Positions 1 through 4,767 of a DNA stretch of 4,767 nt are shown piece after piece. The DNA comes from a virus. Its lineage: Duplodnaviria > Heunggongvirae > Uroviricota > Caudoviricetes. The stretch lies in the IMG/VR virus record IMGVR_UViG_3300029254_000143; one strand, 5' to 3'. Each line of letters opens with the position of its first letter. Position 1 is the first letter of the stretch. The position numbers were made by a program, and so were the translations under genes. The notes beneath the pieces are model-generated. The model had not been told where the DNA came from. It did no database searches and saw only the letters and a list, made by a program, of their open reading frames with translations.

Positions 1-453
1 CCCTGTGGCACCCTGTGGACCTGTGTCCCCCTTCTCGCCCGCCGGTCCCCGGGCATTCTCTGCCCGTTTCTTCGCTTCCTCTGCACTCGCCGCCGACGCT
101 TCAGCACGCTTCAGGATTTCCGCTGCCACCGCTTCCAGCTCTGCAAGCGCTTTCGGGTAATACTGCGCCTCATCCTGTTCCATCAGAAATTTATTCAGCG
201 TTCCCGGCTCAGAATCCGCCTTCACCAGAATGTCACCCACATACGACGGGGCGTACCCTTCCGTGTTCAGCGTCACCCGGTACCACCCCGGCTCCACATC
301 AAAACTGTAACTGCCGGTTTCCCCCGGCTGCCCCTGCGCCACCGTGGTGACTATCACTGTCTCTGTGGTGCGTCGCGCTTTCAGCTCTATGGTGCATCCC
401 GGCACCGGCTTCCCGGTGCCGTCCTTCAGCACGCCCGATATTCTGACTGTCAT
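1..453 (-). CDS. stf: Side tail fibre protein (lambda Stf-like), N-terminal 151 codons; CDS continues beyond the window start
   Basis: Minus-strand translation from ATG (453-451) gives MTVRISGVLKDGTGKPVPGCTIELKARRTTETVIVTTVAQGQPGETGSYSFDVEPGWYRVTLNTEGYAPSYVGDILVKADSEPGTLNKFLMEQDEAQYYPKALAELEAVAAEILKRAEASAASAEEAKKRAENARGPAGEKGDTGPQGATG, open to position 1. The first ~90 residues resemble the N-terminus of lambda Stf as I recall it (MAVKISGVLKDGTGKPV...LKARR...). A GGGAG Shine-Dalgarno lies 6 nt upstream (464-460). An in-frame stop at 489-487 makes this ATG the first possible start. The ORF is absent from the six-frame track only because it has no stop inside the window. Confidence 0.85.
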   Translation of the reverse strand, partial: MTVRISGVLKDGTGKPVPGCTIELKARRTTETVIVTTVAQGQPGETGSYSFDVEPGWYRVTLNTEGYAPSYVGDILVKADSEPGTLNKFLMEQDEAQYYPKALAELEAVAAEILKRAEASAASAEEAKKRAENARGPAGEKGDTGPQGATG

Positions 454-466
454 AGATTTCTCCCAT

Positions 467-500
467 AAAAAAAACCGCAGTACCGGTTACCCGGTCTGCG
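467..500 (-). terminator. Rho-independent terminator between J and stf (minus-strand orientation)
   Basis: Read on the minus strand: a 10-bp GC-rich stem with a 1-nt bulge (plus 476-480/496-500 and 482-486/491-495) and a GUAA tetraloop, followed by G and U8 (plus A-run 467-474). RNA: CGCAGACCGGGUAACCGGUACUGCGGUUUUUUUU. The U-tract ends 3 nt before the stf Shine-Dalgarno. Confidence 0.75.
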
Positions 501-535
501 CTCAGAGGTATAAATTGTGACTGGCTGGTGTTAAA

Positions 536-560
536 GGGTGCCGTCAGTCAAAGGCACCCG
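536..560. other. Inverted repeat / hairpin GGGTGCC-N11-GGCACCC in the J-stf spacer
   Basis: Perfect 7-bp inverted repeat (536-542 and 554-560) with an 11-nt loop. On the minus-strand RNA it is followed only by UUUAAC, so it is at best a weak terminator. It may be an RNA stability element or a protein-binding palindrome. Confidence 0.4.
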
Positions 561-637
561 TGGATAATGTACGATGTCCGGCTTTTGTCGTTTTCCGGCA
601 ATCACGAACAGATGGATGAAACCTCACTATCCACCTG

Positions 638-3600
638 TCACGATGCGGTATCAAAATCGTCTGTATAGGATTTCAGGTAAAACAGAACCGGGTCCGGGAT
701 CCGAATTTGACTCGTATCATGAAGTATTGAACCACCCCTGTAAAAAAGCACACCTGCTTCATACCTGAATGTAATTTCAACCCGCGCATCACCCTGTCCG
801 GCAGGAATACCCCATGAGCCTGACGCACTTCCGCCAACATCAGAATATACCGGCTCATATCTGCTGGCGTTTTTGGAAATCTGGACCTCCCGCTCCCCGG
901 TTTTGACTTTGCCTGACCTGGCATGAACGACAACTTTGTCATTTATCTTCATGATGAATTCACCTCTGGAAAATGAATACGCCATAAGCATAAGCTTGCG
1001 ATCAAACGGCATGTTGTCTTTCAGCAAAATCATTTTCTGAAAAGTCAGCTGGTTCTGAGTCATTACGCCCTGCCCCATATCAACCGTGTATCCCTTGACG
1101 ATATCACCAATGATTCGGTCAGCGCTCATCGTTCCATTAATGGTGCAGTCTTCCGCAATCGTCACGTTATTCAGTACCCCGGCACTGGCCGTTATCGTCC
1201 CGCTGATATCGGCATTACGGGCCGTCAGCCTGCCGTCCGGCGTCAGGGAGAATGCCGGGGGATTGCCGCCGCTGGTAATGGTGGGGGCGGTAAGAACCTT
1301 TATCAGGGCCTCATTGATAAACGTCTGTCCCCCCTGCGTGACCAGTGCGGGTGTGGTATCACCATTCTCCGGATTAATGAATGCCACGCGGTCCGCTGCC
1401 AGCAGTATCTGGCTCTGCATCCCGTCAGGGGTGTTCTCAATACCGGCACCGATACCGGCAATATAGCGACGACCATCCTGCATCTGCTGTAGCTTCACCG
1501 CCCACATGCTGTTCAGGTCATTATTTGTGTCCGTCTGCACACGCTGGATTTGCTGTATGGTGGCGTTCTGGTCCTCCAGCGTTTTACTGACCGTCTGCGT
1601 GATTTCATTGCGGGTTTCTGTGATGGTGGTCTGCATTTCCGCCATCTCGTCCTTCAGCTGACTGTTGTCAATCTCTGCCCACAGCGCCTCTGCCAGATGC
1701 GTTTTTCCTATCTTTTCCCGGAAAAGTTCCAGATAACCCGCAGCATCATTGCTCGCCCGTCCACTGGCTTCCACAAAAGCAGATTTACCCACCAGGTTGA
1801 CGCTGCGCACATAAAACCAGAAATCCTTTCCGGGCTTAATGTGCGGACCGGAGACACTCCACTGACTGCCGGTCCCCAGATAACGGGCAGAGGTTTCCAC
1901 CTGTGCGGCGTCTGCAATTTTTGCCTCCGAAAACCAGAACTCAAACTGCACCGTCGGGTCATACACCGCAAGACGCGGGACTGCCGTTATCTGAAAATAC
2001 CCCGGCGTCAGTTCAACACCGGCAGGCGCTGCCGGTGCGTTAATCCGGAACGTGGTGGTGGCGGGTTCGCCCTGCTGGCCATAGCTGTTAATCGCCCTGA
2101 CCGTCAGGGTGTATTCCCCGGGAGGCAGGCCACTGAAACGGTGCTCCGTATCGGCAGTGATGGCGGTGGTCAGCAGGCGGCTGTTCTCACCGCTTCCACT
2201 GGTCAGGCGCAGACTGAAGCGCACGCCCTTCACCACCCTCGGCGTGTCCCATTTCGCCAGCGCCAGATACTGGCTGTCAGCTGCGCTCACCTCCACCGTC
2301 AGGTGCTGCACTGCCGGTGGGATGACGCTGTTCAGGGAGCCTGACTGCGGCTCAAAGCGGGCACCGTTATCCACGATGGCTTCTTTTTCCGGTACGTGCT
2401 GCACCGCCGTGATGGCAAAGGTGCCGTCCGTGTTTTCCCGGATGGCCACACAGCGGAACAGGCGACGGCGCAGTGACGGCAGGGAGAGTCCCCACACCCC
2501 GTATGTCTCCACACCATCAGGCAGGGTACTGACCTGTATCCGGTCCGGCGCGGGGTGTGCGGTGATGTCCACACTCACCGGCTTACCGCTGCCGTTAATC
2601 AGGTTCACCGTCGATGCACCTGTCCCCGGAAGTGTCACTTCACGGTCCAGCGTCAGGGTGCGGGTGGCAGCATCAATGGACAGGACACGTCCGCCGGTCA
2701 GGGTTCCGGCATAGTCGTTATCACAGATTTCAATGATGTCGCCGGGTGTGTGACGCAGCCCCTGTGACCCGAGTGTGAAATCCACCGTCTGCGTTTCCAG
2801 CAGTTCTGTCTTTATCACCCACAGTCCGGCACGGTGGGCCTGACCGCGGCTGGTACAGCCGAACGCGTCCATCTTCAGCAGGTTGCGTCCGTAGCGCAGT
2901 ATGGCTTCCGGGTCTTCCACCAGTTCCGTGGAGGTCTGCCAGCCGTTCTGCGGGTCGGTGTAATTCACCTCCACCGCCGTGTGCCGGTCCTTCAGGGCAC
3001 TGAAGCTGTAGCGGAACCCCACGCCGTTATCATCCACCACCACATCGCTGTTGGTGTACGGCCACACCACATCCGACGGGCGGTCCTGAACGAACGTCAG
3101 CGTCTGGCCGTTCCATACCGGCATACAGCGCATCGCCGAGCAGAAATCACTGAGAACGTCCCACGCCTTACGCTGTTGTGCCAGGTACGCATTAAAGGTC
3201 ATCCGCGGCTCTGTGCCCCCGAAACCATCCGGGACCGTCTGGTCGCAGTACTGCCCGATGGCATACAGCGCCCACTTGTCCACATCCGCCGCCCCCAGGC
3301 GTTTTCCCATGCCGTAGCGCGGGTGAGTCAGCATGTCCCACAGGCACCAGGCCGGGTTATTGCTGTATGCCGGTTTCAGACTGCCGTCCCAGATACCACT
3401 GTACGTGCGTTTTTCCGGGTCATAGTTTGACGGCACCTGGATGATGCGACCGCGGATATGGTAGTTCACCGTCATCTGCTGGCCACCGAACTGCTCCGCA
3501 TCCACCTGCAGCCCCACAATGGCCGTGTTCGGGTAGCACTGTTTCACATCGATGATTTCGGTGTATGACGACCAGAGCGTCTTATTCTGCAGCTGGTCCG

Positions 3601-4168
3601 TGGTGCTGTCCGCCGTCTCCCTGACCATCCGGATGTTAAAGGGCCGGGGCGGCAGATTATCCAGAATCACCGACGCCAGGAACTGCGAGGTGGTCTTGCC
3701 GTTAATGGTGACATCCTTTTCCGTCATCCATTTACCACCACGCTCAAGCTGAATCAGCAGGCGGACAGACGTCGGGTTACGGTCACCCTTTGAGGTGGTC
3801 TCCACCAGTGACTGCACCCCGAAGGTAACCCGCAGGCGGTCAATGTTCGCGGACGTAATGGTGCGCGTCACCGGCTTTGCCTTCGTCACTTCCACACCCA
3901 GTACAGTTTCAGCTCCGGAGGACTCAAAGCCTTCCGGTGGTGTCTGCTCCTGCTCCCCGGCACGCCAGACCGCTGTCACACCGTGTATCACGGGATTACC
4001 GTCCGTGTCCGTCAGCGGGGTTTTGTTCACCAGAATACTCTGCAGGCCTTTCACCGGACCTTCAATGGGTCCCTCACCAATCGCATCAATCACGCTCATC
4101 ATCTGCGTGGATTTGAGATTATCCTTCGCCTCACGAGGCGTGTGTGCCTTGCCGCCACCTTTACCCAC
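638..4168 (-). CDS. J: Host specificity / central tail fibre (tail tip) protein J, lambda gpJ family, 1176 aa
   Basis: Single long minus-strand ORF (track 638..4213). The translation is collinear with lambda gpJ as I recall it: N-terminus (V/M)GKGGGKAHTPREAKDNLKSTQ versus lambda MGKGSSKGHTPREAKDNLKST, and conserved blocks such as NKTLWSSYTEIIDVKQCYPNTA, WCLWDMLTHPRYGMGKRLGAADVDKWALY, RLFRCVAIRENTDGTFAITAVQHVPEKEAIVDNGA and APTITSGGNPPAFSLTPDGRLTARNADISG. Start placed at GTG 4168-4166, which aligns with lambda Met1 and is preceded by CAGGAGAGGGGGACAGA (GGAG and AGGGGG, 5-11 nt upstream). Stop TGA at 640-638. Confidence 0.95.
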   Translation of the reverse strand: MGKGGGKAHTPREAKDNLKSTQMMSVIDAIGEGPIEGPVKGLQSILVNKTPLTDTDGNPVIHGVTAVWRAGEQEQTPPEGFESSGAETVLGVEVTKAKPVTRTITSANIDRLRVTFGVQSLVETTSKGDRNPTSVRLLIQLERGGKWMTEKDVTINGKTTSQFLASVILDNLPPRPFNIRMVRETADSTTDQLQNKTLWSSYTEIIDVKQCYPNTAIVGLQVDAEQFGGQQMTVNYHIRGRIIQVPSNYDPEKRTYSGIWDGSLKPAYSNNPAWCLWDMLTHPRYGMGKRLGAADVDKWALYAIGQYCDQTVPDGFGGTEPRMTFNAYLAQQRKAWDVLSDFCSAMRCMPVWNGQTLTFVQDRPSDVVWPYTNSDVVVDDNGVGFRYSFSALKDRHTAVEVNYTDPQNGWQTSTELVEDPEAILRYGRNLLKMDAFGCTSRGQAHRAGLWVIKTELLETQTVDFTLGSQGLRHTPGDIIEICDNDYAGTLTGGRVLSIDAATRTLTLDREVTLPGTGASTVNLINGSGKPVSVDITAHPAPDRIQVSTLPDGVETYGVWGLSLPSLRRRLFRCVAIRENTDGTFAITAVQHVPEKEAIVDNGARFEPQSGSLNSVIPPAVQHLTVEVSAADSQYLALAKWDTPRVVKGVRFSLRLTSGSGENSRLLTTAITADTEHRFSGLPPGEYTLTVRAINSYGQQGEPATTTFRINAPAAPAGVELTPGYFQITAVPRLAVYDPTVQFEFWFSEAKIADAAQVETSARYLGTGSQWSVSGPHIKPGKDFWFYVRSVNLVGKSAFVEASGRASNDAAGYLELFREKIGKTHLAEALWAEIDNSQLKDEMAEMQTTITETRNEITQTVSKTLEDQNATIQQIQRVQTDTNNDLNSMWAVKLQQMQDGRRYIAGIGAGIENTPDGMQSQILLAADRVAFINPENGDTTPALVTQGGQTFINEALIKVLTAPTITSGGNPPAFSLTPDGRLTARNADISGTITASAGVLNNVTIAEDCTINGTMSADRIIGDIVKGYTVDMGQGVMTQNQLTFQKMILLKDNMPFDRKLMLMAYSFSRGEFIMKINDKVVVHARSGKVKTGEREVQISKNASRYEPVYSDVGGSASGSWGIPAGQGDARVEITFRYEAGVLFYRGGSILHDTSQIRIPDPVLFYLKSYTDDFDTAS

Positions 4169-4185
4169 TCTGTCCCCCTCTCCTG
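4169..4185 (-). promoter_or_regulatory. Ribosome-binding region of J
   Basis: Minus-strand sequence CAGGAGAGGGGGACAGA immediately 5' of the GTG start. The purine-rich GGAG / AGGGGG is at appropriate spacing. Confidence 0.6.
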
Positions 4186-4211
4186 TCTGATGTCTGAATC
4201 TGTTTATGCCC

Positions 4212-4243
4212 AAAAAACAACAGGCACCCCGGAGAATGCCTGT
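4212..4243 (-). terminator. Putative weak intrinsic terminator on the minus strand, just downstream of the small ORF and upstream of the J RBS
   Basis: 7-bp stem (plus 4220-4226 / 4237-4243; ACAGGCA / TGCCTGT) with a 10-nt loop. On the minus-strand RNA it is followed by UGUUUUUUGGG (plus A-run 4212-4217). The stem is shorter and less GC-rich than the other two terminators, so the call is tentative. Confidence 0.45.
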
Positions 4244-4244
4244 A

Positions 4245-4340
4245 TCATGACTGAATAAAAATTCTGAATATCTTCACATTTTCACAAACTGACTGTGGCG
4301 CGTATAATTTCGCTGCGTTAGTGTTTTTTTGCCGTGACAT
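4245..4340 (-). CDS. Candidate small ORF, 31 aa (MSRQKNTNAAKLYAPQSVCENVKIFRIFIQS), hypothetical protein
   Basis: Minus-strand ATG at 4340-4338 preceded by a canonical AAGGAG Shine-Dalgarno (4356-4351) with a 10-nt spacer. 31 sense codons, then TGA (4247-4245), followed directly by the hairpin and U-run at 4243-4212. It lies in AT-rich DNA, where open frames of this length are less likely by chance. I recognise no family and the peptide is not hydrophobic. It is too short for the supplied ORF track. It could be an artefact of the antisense RNA gene on the opposite strand. Confidence 0.3.
   Translation of the reverse strand: MSRQKNTNAAKLYAPQSVCENVKIFRIFIQS
4273..4308 (+). promoter_or_regulatory. 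Sigma70-type promoter on the plus strand (antisense to the tail genes): -35 TTCACA (4281-4286), 16-bp spacer, -10 TATAAT (4303-4308)
   Basis: Perfect consensus -10 hexamer TATAAT. The -35 matches TTGACA at 5 of 6 positions with a 16-bp spacer. A tandem TTCACA copy sits at 4273-4278 and an A/T-rich UP-like tract at 4254-4272. Predicted start is around 4315. A strong plus-strand terminator lies ~100 nt downstream. Confidence 0.5.
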
Positions 4341-4413
4341 AAAAAAACAACTCCTTAACACTAATCTTCATTTGTCTGTCCCCGCAGCTCCGCGATCACT
4401 GCGGGATTTTTTT
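4315..4413 (+). ncRNA. Candidate ~100-nt small RNA (antisense to the RBS and start of the 31-codon ORF), from the promoter to the intrinsic terminator
   Basis: Bounded by the TATAAT promoter and the terminator at 4381-4413. No plausible plus-strand ORF or RBS. Predicted structure: a 5' stem (4318-4325 UUAGUGUU pairing with 4357-4364 AACACUAA, extended by U7 4324-4330 pairing with A7 4341-4347), a single-stranded U/AU-rich linker AUCUUCAUUUGUCUGUC (4364-4380), and a terminator hairpin with U7. Contains a CUCCUU anti-Shine-Dalgarno-like motif (4351-4356). Confidence 0.45.
4381..4413 (+). terminator. Rho-independent terminator, plus-strand orientation
   Basis: Perfect 7-bp stem CCCGCAG (4381-4387) / CTGCGGG (4399-4405) with 6 of 7 GC pairs and an 11-nt loop, then A and T7 (4407-4413). 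On the minus strand the hairpin is preceded by the A-run and not followed by U, so it is unidirectional for plus-strand transcripts. It ends 5 nt before the stop codon of gene I. Confidence 0.8.
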
Positions 4414-4418
4414 ATGTT

Positions 4419-4767
4419 TTATCCCTGTCGACCAATAACCACCACCTTTCCGCCCCCGCCTTCATCACGGGTGCTGATGTCCTGAGAGATACGTCGTGAA
4501 CCAACCAGCATTTCCCCGTAAGACACCGGCATCGGGTTACCCTGGGCAATCATGTTGTCCAGCGAGGAAAAGTACGTGTTCTGTTTACCGTTATCCGTTG
4601 CCCGGTAATCCGGTGTCTTTGCCTTCGGGGCAAGCATCTGCGCCACACCACCCAGAATCATGCTGGCACCCAGTGAAAACAGCATCGTGGTGGCAGAAAA
4701 ACCACCGGCTGCCAGGGCTGAACCCCATAACGCCATTGATGCCCCGGCCGTGAAGAAAGACCCCACA
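4419..4767 (-). CDS. I: Tail assembly protein I (lambda gpI-like), C-terminal ~115 codons; 5' end lies beyond the window
   Basis: Minus-strand translation ...GSFFTAGASMALWGSALAAGGFSATTMLFSLGASMILGGVAQMLAPKAKTPDYRATDNGKQNTYFSSLDNMIAQGNPMPVSYGEMLVGSRRISQDISTRDEGGGGKVVVIGRQG, stop TAA at 4421-4419. This closely resembles the C-terminal part of lambda gpI as I recall it (...GSFFTAGA...LFSLGASMVLGGVAQMLAPKA...TDNGKQNTYFSSLDNMVAQGN...YGEM.VGSR..SQ.IST.DEG.GG.VVVIGR). The Met at 4766 is internal and the frame is open to the window edge. Confidence 0.85.
   Translation of the reverse strand, partial: VGSFFTAGASMALWGSALAAGGFSATTMLFSLGASMILGGVAQMLAPKAKTPDYRATDNGKQNTYFSSLDNMIAQGNPMPVSYGEMLVGSRRISQDISTRDEGGGGKVVVIGRQG

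Noticed and set aside
15-350. Plus-strand ORF of 111 aa (Pro/Ser/Ala-rich, low complexity)
   Set aside because: It is antisense to the well-supported stf N-terminal coding region, has a composition typical of a reverse-frame artefact in GC-rich coding DNA, and has no RBS.
507-534. Possible minus-strand promoter (TTAACA, 16 bp, TATACC) in the J-stf spacer, and plus-strand -10-like hexamers TATAAA (509-514) and GATAAT (563-568)
   Set aside because: The minus-strand candidate has a weak -10 and would start transcription directly at the terminator hairpin. The plus-strand hexamers lack a suitably spaced -35. None is convincing.
574-768. Plus-strand 64-aa ORF spanning the J stop codon
   Set aside because: It overlaps the J 3' end in antisense, has no SD, and I recognise no family.
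673-2574. Minus-strand ORFs 673..942, 1708..1971 and 2332..2574
   Set aside because: These are out-of-frame ORFs lying wholly inside J on the same strand. J is continuous and homologous along its whole length, so they are frame artefacts.
1086-4190. Multiple long plus-strand ORFs (1086..1466, 1381..1590, 1550..2344, 2109..2714, 2555..2767, 2834..3430, 3552..3752, 3795..4190, 3877..4116)
   Set aside because: All are embedded antisense within the J gene. Their Arg/Pro/Ser-rich, low-complexity translations are typical of spurious frames opposite a GC-rich gene, and none has a convincing RBS.
4211-4213. TTG as the J start codon (as implied by the ORF track)
   Set aside because: There is no SD, the added 15 residues have no counterpart in lambda gpJ, and the GTG at 4168 with a strong SD aligns to the lambda N-terminus.
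4341-4365. Idea that the candidate sRNA is a target mimic (anti-sRNA) for a specific host sRNA such as GcvB, based on its CA-rich tract (AAAAAAACAACUCCUUAACACUAAUC)
   Set aside because: I could not establish convincing continuous complementarity from memory of the host sRNA sequence. It remains speculation until tested by an alignment or IntaRNA run.
4496-4753. Plus-strand 85-aa ORF
   Set aside because: It is antisense to the conserved gene I C-terminal coding region and has an Arg/Pro-rich artefactual composition.
1-4767. Scan for CRISPR repeats, IS/transposon terminal inverted repeats, tRNA-like cloverleafs, Chi sites (GCTGGTGG) and attachment-site-like direct repeats
   Set aside because: None was found by eye. 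The only repeats are short hairpins and terminators and the tandem TTCACA hexamers of the candidate promoter.

Overview
This window is the distal tail-gene block of a lambda-like (lambdoid) phage or prophage, most likely from an enterobacterial host, with all three genes on the minus strand. Reading in the direction of transcription: the 3' end of a tail assembly gene I homologue (4419-4767, 5' end off-window), a ~250-bp AT-rich spacer, the host-specificity/central tail fibre gene J (638-4168, 1176 codons from a GTG start), a 184-bp spacer with a strong intrinsic terminator, and the 5' end of a side tail fibre gene (stf-like, 1-453, continuing past the window start). No lom/ail-type gene sits between J and stf. 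The most interesting region is the I-J spacer, which in phage lambda is absent because I and J abut. Here it carries a compact moron-like module with convergent signals. On the minus strand there is an AAGGAG Shine-Dalgarno, a 31-codon ORF and a terminator-like hairpin with a U-run. On the plus strand there is a near-consensus sigma70-type promoter (TTCACA, 16 bp, TATAAT) that would drive a ~100-nt structured RNA ending in a strong Rho-independent terminator, and that RNA is antisense to the RBS and start codon of the small ORF. I cannot tell from sequence whether this module is novel or matches a described prophage sRNA. No rRNA, tRNA, CRISPR array, transposase or IS-like terminal repeats were seen. 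All homology statements rest on my reading of the translations against remembered lambda protein sequences, not on a database search.
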